Assembly (NCBI GenBank): GCA_013287375.1
Contig: JABDDX010000004.1
Location: 2,449 to 66,448 of the forward strand
DNA: 64,000 bases
Direction of reading: 5' to 3'
Source of the DNA: Bacteroidota bacterium
Lineage (GTDB): Bacteria > Bacteroidota > Bacteroidia > Sphingobacteriales > Sphingobacteriaceae
Shown in pieces: positions 24,627 to 33,679 of this stretch; position 1 is the stretch's first letter; every line of letters begins with the position of its first letter. The notes beneath the pieces were generated by a model. It was not told where the DNA came from. It saw only the letters and a program-made list of their open reading frames with translations, and did no database searches. A program made the position numbers and the translations under genes.

Positions 24627-24697
24627 CACGGGAACAAGGATTCGAACCCTGATCAAAGGTTTTGGAGACCTCTATTCTACCGTTGAACTATTCCCGT
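24627..24697 (-). tRNA. tRNA-Trp(CCA)
   Basis: ACGGGAA acceptor stem, anticodon loop CTCCAAA, T-loop GTTCGAATC. Confidence 0.95.
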
Positions 24698-24741
24698 GTA
24701 TCCTTTTTAAAAGCGATGTCTTCATCACTTTTTTATAGTAA

Positions 24742-24774
24742 CAAAGTACTTAGCCGATTTAGCTAAGTACTTTG
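24742..24774 (-). terminator. Hairpin downstream of tuf
   Basis: CAAAGTACTTAGC / GCTAAGTACTTTG inverted repeat. Confidence 0.6.
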
Positions 24775-24822
24775 CTGTATATTAACCTAACTTATTCCCC
24801 GCTTTTGGCAGGTCGTAAGGTT

Positions 24823-26010
24823 TTATTTTACTATCTCAGTTACCTGACCAGCACCTACTGTTCTGCCACCTTCACGGATAGCGAAACGTAAGCCTTTTTC
24901 CATCGCGATAGCGTTGATCAATTTTACGTTGATTGTAACGTTATCACCTGGCATAACCATTTCTACACCTTCAGCAAGGGTGATTTCACCTGTTACGTCT
25001 GTTGTACGGAAATAGAATTGCGGGCGGTATTTGTTGAAGAATGGAGTGTGACGGCCACCTTCTGCTTTTGATAATACGTAAACTTCTGCTTTGAAATCAG
25101 TGTGTGGAGTTACTGAACCTGGTTTGCAAATAACCATACCACGACGGATATCAGTTTTTTCAATACCACGTAACAATAAACCTACGTTATCACCAGCTTC
25201 GCCACGGTCAAGGATTTTGCGGAACATCTCAACACCAGTACAGGTTGATTTTAAGTTCTCAGCACCCATACCTAAGATATCTACAGGGTCACCAGTATTG
25301 ATAACACCACGCTCGATACGACCAGTTGCAACAGTACCACGACCAGTGATCGAGAATACGTCCTCAACAGGCATTAAGAAAGGAAGCTCAGTTAAACGTG
25401 GAGGGATTGGGATGTAAGCATCAACTGCATCCATCAATTCCATGATTTTTTCAACCCATTTAGGATCGCCGTTAAGACCACCTAAAGCTGAACCTTGGAT
25501 AACTGGAATATCATCACCTGGGAAATCATAGAATGATAATAACTCACGGATTTCCATTTCAACTAATTCTAACAATTCCGGATCATCAACCATATCCACT
25601 TTGTTCATGAATACAACCAATGAAGGCACACCAACCTGGCGAGCTAAAAGGATGTGTTCACGAGTTTGAGGCATCGGGCCGTCTGTAGCAGCAACAACGA
25701 TGATAGCACCGTCCATTTGAGCAGCACCAGTAACCATGTTTTTCACATAATCCGCGTGACCTGGACAGTCAACGTGAGCATAGTGACGGTTGTTGGTTGA
25801 GTACTCAACGTGAGCAGTGTTGATAGTGATACCACGCTCTTTTTCTTCAGGAGCTGAATCGATTGAATCGAATGAACGAGCTTCTGAAAACCCTTTATCA
25901 GATAATACTTTAGTAATAGCTGCGGTAAGGGTTGTTTTACCGTGGTCAACGTGACCGATTGTACCGATGTTTAAGTGCGGTTTACTGCGGTCAAACTTTT
26001 CTTTTGCCAT
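24823..26010 (-). CDS. tuf: Elongation factor Tu
   Basis: [21 protein letters not shown]. Confidence 0.99.
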   Translation of the reverse strand: MAKEKFDRSKPHLNIGTIGHVDHGKTTLTAAITKVLSDKGFSEARSFDSIDSAPEEKERGITINTAHVEYSTNNRHYAHVDCPGHADYVKNMVTGAAQMDGAIIVVAATDGPMPQTREHILLARQVGVPSLVVFMNKVDMVDDPELLELVEMEIRELLSFYDFPGDDIPVIQGSALGGLNGDPKWVEKIMELMDAVDAYIPIPPRLTELPFLMPVEDVFSITGRGTVATGRIERGVINTGDPVDILGMGAENLKSTCTGVEMFRKILDRGEAGDNVGLLLRGIEKTDIRRGMVICKPGSVTPHTDFKAEVYVLSKAEGGRHTPFFNKYRPQFYFRTTDVTGEITLAEGVEMVMPGDNVTINVKLINAIAMEKGLRFAIREGGRTVGAGQVTEIVK

Positions 26011-26078
26011 GATTTATATTTAATTTTGTAGGTTAATTATACTTTAAAAACTCTCTATTATATACTTTAAATAAAGTG

Positions 26079-26150
<72 letters not shown>

Positions 26151-26165
26151 TAATTTTTTGACTTC

Positions 26166-26256
26166 TGGATTTGGGATTTTCAATTTCGGATTTGCCGCCA
26201 TTAATAACCCTGTCTCTTTTCATCATTTAAGTCCGAAATCGAAATTTCGAAATCCG
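26166..26256. repeat. Inverted heptamer tandem-repeat element in a tRNA spacer
   Basis: TGGATTT GGGATTT TCAATTT CGGATTT ... AAGTCCG AAATCGA AATTTCG AAATCCG. Confidence 0.8.
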
Positions 26257-26271
26257 ACATTCCCTTTTTTG

Positions 26272-26344
26272 AGCGGAAGACGAGGTTCGAACTCGCGACC
26301 TATAGCTTGGAAGGCTATCGCTCTACCAACTGAGCTACTTCCGC
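26272..26344 (-). tRNA. tRNA-Gly(TCC)
   Basis: ATAGC-CTTCCAA-GCTAT anticodon arm. Confidence 0.95.
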
Positions 26345-26352
26345 ATTTTTTT

Positions 26353-26448
26353 AATGAGTGATTGAGTGATTGTGCGATTTTTGATTAAAAACTAAAAGCT
26401 TTCAATATTAAAAATTCACTCAATCACTCAATAATTCCATCACTCAAT
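26353..26448. repeat. Inverted octamer tandem-repeat element in a tRNA spacer
   Basis: AATGAGTG ATTGAGTG ATTGTGCG ... CACTCAAT CACTCAAT AATTCCAT CACTCAAT. Confidence 0.8.
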
Positions 26449-26453
26449 AACTG

Positions 26454-26534
26454 TGGGGGGAGAAGGATTCGAACCTTCGTAGCCGAAGCAACGGATTTAC
26501 AGTCCGTCCCATTTGACCGCTCTGGTATCCCCCC
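26454..26534 (-). tRNA. tRNA-Tyr(GTA)
   Basis: ACGGA-CTGTAAA-TCCGT anticodon arm with a long variable arm. Confidence 0.95.
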
Positions 26535-26597
26535 AATTGTTATTCCGGATCGTTAATGCTCAAAGTTGAAGCTAAACATCACAATCCGAAAAAACAG

Positions 26598-26670
26598 AGC
26601 CTCCTATCGGGATCGAACCAATGACCTACTGATTACAAGTCAGTCGCTCTACCAGCTGAGCTAAGGAGGC
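26598..26670 (-). tRNA. tRNA-Thr(TGT)
   Basis: ACTGA-CTTGTAA-TCAGT anticodon arm. Confidence 0.95.
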
Positions 26671-26811
26671 TTAAAAATTCACCTTTATTTCTCCTCTGCT
26701 CCATTACTGGCCATCGGATTTTTACCGGTTAAATTATTAATATCTTTTTTATTTTAAAGAACCAACCCTTTTGTTGAAAATCCGCGTTGCGTACCTCTCT
26801 AAAAGGGATTG

Positions 26812-26819
26812 CAAATTTA
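26812..26819 (-). promoter_or_regulatory. -7 promoter box of the tRNA-tuf operon
   Basis: TAAATTTG(C) on the minus strand, between the hpf terminator and tRNA-Thr. Confidence 0.6.
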
Positions 26820-26851
26820 CAAATAAATTATGCCCATCAAAATTTTTTATC

Positions 26852-26886
26852 AAAAAAAAATCGATGGGTTTAAAGCCATCGATTTT
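26852..26886 (-). terminator. Intrinsic terminator after hpf
   Basis: AAAATCGATGG / CCATCGATTTT stem plus U-tract on the minus strand. Confidence 0.8.
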
Positions 26887-26912
26887 CCTGGAATTGTATC
26901 CTATGATTTCGG

Positions 26913-27260
26913 TTAGAAATCGTCCTCATTATCAGCTAAAACCGCATTTTTAACGGCTTCGGCAGCAATTGTTTTCTTCTGTTTATATTTTTCAATTTGT
27001 TTGCGCAGGCTCTCAACCGCCAGGTCGGTAGCCTCTTCAAAGCTCTTACATTGTTCTTTCGCGAATAATGCGATGCCCGGAAGCAACAGTTTAATCTCCG
27101 TTATCTTATTTGCCTCATCTTCTACGTTTTCCAGTTTTAAATAAACCTCGCCACTGATGATGTGGTCGTGAAAGGTGTCTAACTTATCAGCTTTCTTCTG
27201 GATAAAATCCAACAACTTCTTGTCTGCGTTAAAACGAATAGATTGCACTGTAATTTTCAT
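26913..27260 (-). CDS. hpf: Ribosome hibernation promoting factor (HPF/RaiA family)
   Basis: S30AE-type sequence ending SFEEATDLAVESLRKQIEKYK; conserved rpsU-xerC-hpf order. Confidence 0.9.
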   Translation of the reverse strand: MKITVQSIRFNADKKLLDFIQKKADKLDTFHDHIISGEVYLKLENVEDEANKITEIKLLLPGIALFAKEQCKSFEEATDLAVESLRKQIEKYKQKKTIAAEAVKNAVLADNEDDF

Positions 27261-27272
27261 GATTCCTCCTTG

Positions 27273-28163
27273 TTATGCCTTTGGATGGGCTTGTTTATAA
27301 ATAGACTTCAATCGCTCAACGGAGTTGTGCGTGTAAATTTGGGTTGCGCTAAGGTTAGCATGGCCCAAAAGTTCTTTGATGGCGTTAAGGTCGGCGCCGC
27401 GGTTAAGTAAACTTGTTGCAAATGTGTGCCTCAGCACGTGAGGGCTTTTTTTGTTTTGGGTTGATATGTAAGATAAATACTTTTGCACTATTAAATAAAT
27501 GAGCTTTGGATATGCATCGGCTCCTTTATCTGTAACGAGTAATGTTAGGGAATTGTTATTAAAATTTTGACTTTTCTTTAAGTCCAGGTACTCGCTTATT
27601 AGCAGCTTCAGCTCGTTATTTATGGGTATAATCCTCTGTTTGTTGCGTTTACCTAAAACTTTTACCGTGCCTTCGTAAATATTTATATCGGTTTCTTTTA
27701 CGCCTAATAATTCAGCCAGGCGCATGCCGGTGCCAAACAGGGTTTCAATCACCAGTTTATCGCGTAAGCCTTTAAAATCGTGGGTGAACACCTCGTTATC
27801 ATCCAGCATTTGCGTAAGCTTTGCATCCTCGACAACAACAGGCAAGTTTTTGGGGCTTTTTGGCGTATTTATTTTTGAGGCCGGATTATGGGTGATAATA
27901 CCCTCCTGCAATAAAAATTTAAAGTATTTGCGCAGCGTAGCTATTTTGCGGGTGATGGAACGCGCGGTAATATCTTCGCTCATCATGGCTACCATCCAGT
28001 TGCGGATGAGGTGATGGGTGATCTCTGAAGGGTGTGTAATAGTTTCTTCCGGCGTATTGAGGAAGCGTATAAATTGATCCAGGTATGACTGATAGGCAGA
28101 TACTGTATGCGGAGAGTACCGTTTTTCGAACTGAATATATTGTATAAAACGGGCTAAAAACAT
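27273..28163 (-). CDS. xerC: Tyrosine recombinase XerC
   Basis: GMRLAEL, GKRNKQR, HVLRHTFAT, LLGHANL, TQIYTH. Confidence 0.88.
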   Translation of the reverse strand: MFLARFIQYIQFEKRYSPHTVSAYQSYLDQFIRFLNTPEETITHPSEITHHLIRNWMVAMMSEDITARSITRKIATLRKYFKFLLQEGIITHNPASKINTPKSPKNLPVVVEDAKLTQMLDDNEVFTHDFKGLRDKLVIETLFGTGMRLAELLGVKETDINIYEGTVKVLGKRNKQRIIPINNELKLLISEYLDLKKSQNFNNNSLTLLVTDKGADAYPKLIYLIVQKYLSYISTQNKKSPHVLRHTFATSLLNRGADLNAIKELLGHANLSATQIYTHNSVERLKSIYKQAHPKA

Positions 28164-28240
28164 AAAAACTATTTATACATCCAAGAATATGAATGTACAA
28201 ATAGTTTTAATATATAATTAGCAAAAACTGTAAAATAAAT

Positions 28241-28432
28241 TTACACAGTTTCCGCGTTCATATTTTGCTTGTAGATAGCATGTTTGATTTCATGCCTACG
28301 GGTAATCGATTTCTTTTCGAATGCCTGACGGCTACGAAGTTCTCTTAAAACACCGGTTTTCTCAAATTTCTTTTTGAAGCGTTTTAATGCTTTATCCAAT
28401 GATTCGCCGTCTTTTACGTTAATAATGATCAT
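28241..28432 (-). CDS. rpsU: 30S ribosomal protein S21
   Basis: VKDGESLDKALKRFKKK. Confidence 0.97.
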   Translation of the reverse strand: MIIINVKDGESLDKALKRFKKKFEKTGVLRELRSRQAFEKKSITRRHEIKHAIYKQNMNAETV

Positions 28433-28444
28433 AGTTCCTGAAAT

Positions 28445-28471
28445 ACCTCCTTTCGTGGGAGGGCAAAGGTA
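28445..28471 (-). promoter_or_regulatory. rpsU -7 box (TACCTTTG) and extended Shine-Dalgarno (GAAAGGAGGT)
   Basis: Minus strand reads TACCTTTG CCCTCCCAC GAAAGGAGGT ATTTCAGGAACT ATG. Confidence 0.8.
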
Positions 28472-28506
28472 GAGATAAAGTTTTGAATATTAAAATGATA
28501 ATTAAT

Positions 28507-28588
28507 AATATTGAACATCGAATGCTGAATATTGAACATCGAAGTAAAACCTTCATAATTCAATATTCAGCATTCGATGTTCGTTATT
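28507..28588. repeat. Inverted heptamer tandem-repeat element
   Basis: AATATTG AACATCG AATGCTG AATATTG AACATCG ... CAATATT CAGCATT CGATGTT CGTTATT. Confidence 0.85.
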
Positions 28589-28595
28589 CTGCCCG

Positions 28596-28657
28596 TGTTG
28601 GTGTTGTCACCAACACGTTTTTGAACTCTTTGATATTTGTTGGTGACAACACCAACA
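28596..28657. repeat. Inverted REP-like doublet
   Basis: TGTTGGTGTTGTCACCAACA (28596-28615) and its exact reverse complement (28638-28657). Confidence 0.8.
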
Positions 28658-28734
28658 AAGGCGCAATAAAAACCTTTATACAAATAATAAGTACATTACT
28701 CCATCAATCATGCAAATTACACCTACGCTTTATT

Positions 28735-29160
28735 ATGATCATTTTAGAAGATGAACAAGAAATAATTATAGACTTCATAACTGATTCGATTAAAGACTTT
28801 AGAACTCAACAAGGCAAGTTCAACTCAATCGGCATATATTGCTGTCCCTGGGCCGGTTGGATATCTACGTCTTTTAATGTTGAAAAATCCATACATGACA
28901 CTTCATACAATTGTCCCGATTTTGATATTGTTGGATTTAAATACCTTGAATTAGAAAAATGGAGCGAAGAATACGAAAAAGAAGCCCCTACCTATATATT
29001 TGAGGGGAAAACAACTGTGTTTAACTTTGACTTAGGCGATGAAGTTATCAATGAAGTGTTCTTTAAGTTTTTATCAACAATAATACTTAACCTTAATAAC
29101 GATATTCAAGCAGGTGTACTTTTACAAATGTTGGATAGTGAATTTTTTAAAGTATTTTAA
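28735..29160 (+). CDS. Hypothetical acidic protein, AT-rich gene
   Basis: MIILEDEQE... The track's extension to 28483 only translates repeat DNA, so ATG 28735 is preferred. Confidence 0.6.
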   Translation: MIILEDEQEIIIDFITDSIKDFRTQQGKFNSIGIYCCPWAGWISTSFNVEKSIHDTSYNCPDFDIVGFKYLELEKWSEEYEKEAPTYIFEGKTTVFNFDLGDEVINEVFFKFLSTIILNLNNDIQAGVLLQMLDSEFFKVF

Positions 29161-29170
29161 ATCCATTGAA

Positions 29171-29223
29171 TGTTAGCGTGGACGCTAACAAAAACAAGGG
29201 TCAAGCGTGGACGCTTGACCCTT
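29171..29223. repeat. Two tandem REP-like hairpins with core AGCGTGGACGCT
   Basis: TGTTAGCGTGGACGCTAACA and AAGGGTCAAGCGTGGACGCTTGACCCTT between convergent genes. Confidence 0.75.
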
Positions 29224-29243
29224 CGGTTATAGTTTTTACTCGA

Positions 29244-30416
29244 TTATCTCAACACTTCCCTACTAATCACAATCTTTTGTATCTCGGATGTCCCCTCGCC
29301 TATGGTGCATAGTTTGGCATCACGGTAGTATTTTTCTACCGGGAAATCTTTGGTGTAGCCATAGCCGCCAAAGATCTGGACTGCCTCGGTAGCGGTGCGT
29401 ACTGCTACTTCGGATGCAAAGTATTTGGCCATGGCTGATTGTTTGGTTACGGGCAGGTGCTTGTTTTTCAGATCTGCTGCTTGCATAACTAAAAGTTCGG
29501 CTGCTTCAATTTCGGTGGCCATATCAGCAAGTTTAAAGGCTATGCCCTGGAAGTTCGCTATCGGCTGACCAAATTGCTTGCGTTCCTTAGCATAAGCTAC
29601 AGCAGCTTCGAAAGCGCCTTTGGCGATGCCTAATGATAGCGCTGCTATAGAAATGCGACCGCCATCCAATACCTTCATGGCCTGTGCAAAGCCTTCGCCT
29701 TGTTTGCCCAATAGGTTTTCTTTGGGAACGCGGCAATTATCGAATATCAGTTCAGTAGTTTCTGAGGCGCGCATGCCTAGTTTGTTCTCCTTTTTGCCAT
29801 GGGTGAAGCCGGGCGTACCTTTTTCTATCACGATGGCTGAGATGCCTTTTGAATCGCCTTTCTCGCCTGTGCGCACCATTACTACAGCTACGTTGCTTGA
29901 TTTACCGTGGGTAATCCAGTTTTTTGAACCGTTGATCACATATTCATCGCCATCTAAAACGGCGGTGGTCATCATGCCCATGGCATCGCTGCCGGTATTA
30001 GCTTCGGTTAAGCCCCATGCTCCTATCCATTCAGCAGTAGCCAGTTTGGGTAGCCAGCGTTGTTTTTGTTCTTCGTTGGCAAAAGCCATAATATGGCCGG
30101 TACATAGCGAATTGTGCGCGGCTACTGATAAGCCTATCGAACCGCAAACTTTAGCGATCTCTACAATTACGGCAACATATTCGTGGTACCCGAAGCCTGA
30201 GCCTCCGTATTGTTCGGGCACCATTACGCCCATCATACCCAGTTCGCCTAAGTGTTTAAAAAGTTCTATCGGGAAGTGTTGGGATTCATCCCATTCCATT
30301 ACATGCGGTTTGATGTATCGTTCGGCAAAATCCTTTGCCATTTGGCCTACCATTTGTTGATTTTCGCTAACAGAAAAATCAATTCCGGAAGGCATGTCAG
30401 TTAATAAAGTACTCAT
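29244..30416 (-). CDS. Acyl-CoA dehydrogenase
   Basis: WGLTEANTGSDA, NGSKNWIT, QIFGGYGY, IGEGTSEIQ. Confidence 0.95.
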   Translation of the reverse strand: MSTLLTDMPSGIDFSVSENQQMVGQMAKDFAERYIKPHVMEWDESQHFPIELFKHLGELGMMGVMVPEQYGGSGFGYHEYVAVIVEIAKVCGSIGLSVAAHNSLCTGHIMAFANEEQKQRWLPKLATAEWIGAWGLTEANTGSDAMGMMTTAVLDGDEYVINGSKNWITHGKSSNVAVVMVRTGEKGDSKGISAIVIEKGTPGFTHGKKENKLGMRASETTELIFDNCRVPKENLLGKQGEGFAQAMKVLDGGRISIAALSLGIAKGAFEAAVAYAKERKQFGQPIANFQGIAFKLADMATEIEAAELLVMQAADLKNKHLPVTKQSAMAKYFASEVAVRTATEAVQIFGGYGYTKDFPVEKYYRDAKLCTIGEGTSEIQKIVISREVLR

Positions 30417-30595
30417 GATTTATAATTGGTTACAGCAAAGTAACGCATTAAATCACAGCTTAGTTTCAGGATTTTATACTTGGAAAGTAGTACAAAATGG
30501 TATATGGTATGAAATTAATGTTTAGTTGATTTAAAGTGGGTAATGGTGATTTTAAAATGGTGAAAATATTTTTTAAAAAACCCATTTAAACCAAA

Positions 30596-30692
30596 TTGTC
30601 ATCCCGAACTTGTTTCGGTATCCCACATGCTGAGTAACCGGTATTGTTGGTGACCTTGTATGTGGGATGCTGAAATAAATTCAGCATGACAA
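30596..30692. repeat. REP/MITE-like element, GTCAT...ATGAC family (copy A)
   Basis: TTGTCATCCCGAACTTGTTTCGG...GTGGGATGCTGAAATAAATTCAGCATGACAA. Confidence 0.85.
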
Positions 30693-30737
30693 ATCATTTT
30701 AATTTTTATCTTGATACTTGATAATAACTACTCGATA

Positions 30738-31244
30738 CTAATCCAATATCAGCTCCAAAAATATCAGATCCAGCCAACGGCCAAACTTGAAGCCTACTTC
30801 TTTAAACCGGGCTACTTGTGTAAAGCCAAATTTGAGATGCAATTGCAGACTGATCTCGTTCTCACTATCTACACCCGCAATCAACGCGTGCATACCTGCA
30901 CCTTTGGCAAGTGATATGATCTCCTGTAATAATATTTTACTGATGCCCTGTCCGCGGCTATCCTTGTGTATATATACTGAATGTTCTACCGTAAAACGAT
31001 AGCATGGCCATACCCTGAACTTGCCATAAGTGGCGAATCCAACCAAAACACCATTCTGCTCGGCGACAATTATAGGGAAGCCGGCCTGTTTACGCTCATT
31101 AAACCAATCGAGGCGCATTTGCAGGGTATGGGGTTCTTCGCTGTATATGGCGGTTGTAGTTAGGATGATGTCGTTATAGATCTCCAATATGGCGGGAAGG
31201 TCGGTTTCCAGAGCATCACGAAGGATTATGGGTGATTTTTGCAT
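30738..31244 (-). CDS. GNAT N-acetyltransferase, phosphinothricin/methionine-sulfoximine (YncA/PAT) type
   Basis: ILEIYN, YRFTVEHSVY, RGQGI, EVGFKFGRWLD. Confidence 0.88.
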   Translation of the reverse strand: MQKSPIILRDALETDLPAILEIYNDIILTTTAIYSEEPHTLQMRLDWFNERKQAGFPIIVAEQNGVLVGFATYGKFRVWPCYRFTVEHSVYIHKDSRGQGISKILLQEIISLAKGAGMHALIAGVDSENEISLQLHLKFGFTQVARFKEVGFKFGRWLDLIFLELILD

Positions 31245-31281
31245 AGTATTCTGTTAGTGTCAGTACAAAAATAAAAATTTG

Positions 31282-31314
31282 AGACTTCCGAAGTTTTAAA
31301 AACTTCGGAAGTCT
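31282..31314. repeat. REP-like palindrome
   Basis: AGACTTCCGAAGTTTTAAAAACTTCGGAAGTCT; second copy at 38173. Confidence 0.85.
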
Positions 31315-31367
31315 GTTTACAAAAACTATTGTCGTTTTTTATAGTCTGGCCTTTGCGCACTTTTTAC

Positions 31368-31463
31368 CTGTCATCCCGAACTTGTTTCGGGATCTAATAC
31401 ACTGAGTGGTCAGCATGATTCTGACTTTGCTTGTGGGATGCTGAAATAAATTCAGCATGACAG
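31368..31463. repeat. REP/MITE-like element, GTCAT...ATGAC family (copy B, same orientation as copy A)
   Basis: Ends nearly identical to 30596-30692; central part diverged. Confidence 0.85.
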
Positions 31464-31550
31464 TCTTGTTTCGATTATTCTGGGCAATGCCCCCCCTGCC
31501 ACTGTGCTTGGCTGACGCTTCCCCCTCCAGTGAGGGAAACTTGAAAATTC

Positions 31551-33329
31551 TTATTTCCTCACTAAAAAATTCCCTATCGCCAATACGTCAATCTCTGTAT
31601 TCAGAAAGCAAAGGATGGCATCCTCCGGTGTGCAAACGATGGGTTCGTCCATGCGGTTGAAGGAGGTGTTGATCACCATTGGGCAGTTGGTTAACTGATA
31701 GAATGCATCTATCAGTTTGTAAAAGTCGGGGTGCTGGCTTGGGTTTACGGTTTGCAGGCGGGCGGAGTAATCCAGATGAGTGATGGCAGGGACTACCGAG
31801 CGTTCCTGGTTTATTTTTTTGAGAGGATTTTGCTGATCGCCAACTGGTTCTTTACGTTTTTCTTCTCTCACTTTTCCGACTAACAGCATGTACGGACTTG
31901 GCGCGCCGAGATCGAAGTATTCATCGGCGTGTTGTTCCAGCACCGCCGGAGCAAATGGCCGGAACGATTCACGGAATTTTATCTTGTTATTTAATACGGA
32001 TTGCATGGTACTGTTACGTGGATCAGCAATGATACTGCGTGCGCCTAAAGCTCGCGGACCAAATTCCATACGGCCTTTAAATCTACCAATGACTTTGCCT
32101 GATGCTATTTCGTGAGCGATAGATTTATATAGATCATCATCCGGTAGCTCTTCAAATTTAAGATTATGATTGACGAGAATTTGCCTGATCTCAGCATCAC
32201 TATATTCAGGACCAAGCAGGGCATTATGCATGCTGTCTTTGCCAGGCTTTACAATTCTTTGTTGTTTCAGATGCTCATGGTATACGGCTAAAGCCGCACC
32301 CAATGCCCCGCCCGCATCACCTGCGGCGGGTTGTATCCATATGTTTTTAAAGCCGGATTGCTTTAGTATTTTGCCATTTGCTACGCAGTTTAACGCCACA
32401 CCTCCCGCCAGGCAAAGGTTATCTTCTTTATATTGCTGATAGAGGTTGGTAGTTAACTTCAGCATTACATATTCTGTGGCTTGCTGTATGGATGCAGCTA
32501 TATCCATGTGGAACGCGGTCAACTCAGCTTTGGGTTGGCGGACTGGATTTTTAAAGAGCTGAGCGAATTTATTACCCGTCATGGTTAAACCGGTGGCGTA
32601 GGTAAAGTTCTTCATATTCAACCTGAAGGAGCCATCCTCCTTCACGTCGACCAGTTCCTTTAATATCAGATCGGTATAAACAGGCTTGCCATAAGGTGCG
32701 AGGCCCATCACTTTGTACTCATCGCAATTCACTTTAAAACCTAAATAATAGGTAAAAGCGGAATATAACAAGCCGATAGAATGCGGGAAATTGATATGAC
32801 TGATGTTTTCAATAGTACTGCCATCTCCTTTGCTTACCGAGGTTGTAGCCCATTCGCCTACCCCATCCACCGTTAAAACAATAGCTTTATTAAAAGGTGA
32901 GGGATAAAATGCCGATGCCGCATGCGATTGATGATGCTCGGTAAATAGTAAGTTATGGTTGTTATTTTTCCACTCCGGATCAATTTGCTGTAGGGCTTTG
33001 GTGAGCATCTTTTTAAAATAGAGCTTTTCCTTCAGCCACAAAGGCATGGCTTTCAAAAACGATTTTACACCGAAGGGCGCGAATGCCAGGTGGGTTTCCA
33101 GCAAGCGCTCGAACTTCAAAAATGGCTTCTCGTAATAAACAATATGGTCTACCTGGTTTAGGTTGATACCTGCCTGTTGCAGGCAGTAATTGATGCTTTT
33201 TTCCGGGAATACGGCATCATTTTTTATCCGGGTGAAACGTTCTTCCTGCGTTGCCGATAATATGTTGCCATCCTGAATTAAGCAGGCGGCACTATCATGG
33301 TAATAGGCAGAGATCCCGAGGATGTACAT
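31551..33329 (-). CDS. O-carbamoyltransferase (NodU/CmcH/SxtI family)
   Basis: ILGISAYYHDSAA, EHHQSHAASAF, DGVGE, AGGVALNC, EFGPRALG.RS, INTSFN. Confidence 0.93.
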   Translation of the reverse strand: MYILGISAYYHDSAACLIQDGNILSATQEERFTRIKNDAVFPEKSINYCLQQAGINLNQVDHIVYYEKPFLKFERLLETHLAFAPFGVKSFLKAMPLWLKEKLYFKKMLTKALQQIDPEWKNNNHNLLFTEHHQSHAASAFYPSPFNKAIVLTVDGVGEWATTSVSKGDGSTIENISHINFPHSIGLLYSAFTYYLGFKVNCDEYKVMGLAPYGKPVYTDLILKELVDVKEDGSFRLNMKNFTYATGLTMTGNKFAQLFKNPVRQPKAELTAFHMDIAASIQQATEYVMLKLTTNLYQQYKEDNLCLAGGVALNCVANGKILKQSGFKNIWIQPAAGDAGGALGAALAVYHEHLKQQRIVKPGKDSMHNALLGPEYSDAEIRQILVNHNLKFEELPDDDLYKSIAHEIASGKVIGRFKGRMEFGPRALGARSIIADPRNSTMQSVLNNKIKFRESFRPFAPAVLEQHADEYFDLGAPSPYMLLVGKVREEKRKEPVGDQQNPLKKINQERSVVPAITHLDYSARLQTVNPSQHPDFYKLIDAFYQLTNCPMVINTSFNRMDEPIVCTPEDAILCFLNTEIDVLAIGNFLVRK

Positions 33330-33335
33330 CTTCGC

Positions 33336-33485
33336 TTAAAAAAGAGAGTAAATAAAAGGCGCCAATGCCGAGCCTTGTGCTATTACCAAAAAGGTAGCCA
33401 ACAGTACCAGCACAATACATAATGGCCAAAGCCAGTAACGTTTACGCTGTTTTAAAAACCTAAAAAACTCTAATAAAACTTCCAT
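33336..33485 (-). CDS. SxtK-like (DUF5989) small membrane protein, 49 aa; not in ORF track
   Basis: Hand translation MEVLLEFFRFLKQRKRYWLWPLCIVLVLLATFLVIAQGSALAPFIYSLF; RK.YWL.P and SA.APFIY.LF signatures. Confidence 0.85.
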   Translation of the reverse strand: MEVLLEFFRFLKQRKRYWLWPLCIVLVLLATFLVIAQGSALAPFIYSLF

Positions 33486-33505
33486 ATCATTTATTTAATC
33501 GCAAC

Positions 33506-33644
33506 TTCATTGCCCCTATTGATCAAAAATCATTGCCCGCCGCTTTAATAATAACTTAATTCGGCTTTAGCCTAACCTATCGAATTCAGCTAAAGCCAAT
33601 GCTTCTTTGTACTTTATTCCCGGCCTGAAGGCCGGGGCAATGAA
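33506..33644. repeat. Composite REP-like element between the sxtJ-like and sxtK-like genes
   Basis: TCATTGCCC (twice) ... GGCTTTAGC / GCTAAAGCC ... CCCGGCCTGAAGGCCGGGGCAATGAA. Confidence 0.65.
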
Positions 33645-33679
33645 TGAAAATCCCTTTTCAACAAAGAGGTTACTTTTCA

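Noticed and set aside
27273-28163. Tyrosine recombinase beside a tRNA cluster as a prophage or ICE integrase
   Set aside because: Its size and motifs fit XerC, rpsU-xerC-hpf is the usual Bacteroidetes core arrangement, and I saw no att duplication or cargo
28483-28734. N-terminal extension of the 225-aa ORF (NIEHR repeats)
   Set aside because: It is a translation of the heptamer array and REP doublet, from a TTG start
29620-30360. 246-aa antisense ORF, and similar shadow ORFs over rpoB, rpoC, tuf and rplL
   Set aside because: These are antisense frames left open by codon bias in conserved genes, with no recognisable motifs
30596-31463. CRISPR array
   Set aside because: The repeats are two long palindromes about 770 bp apart; there is no regular repeat-spacer periodicity and no cas gene anywhere in the window
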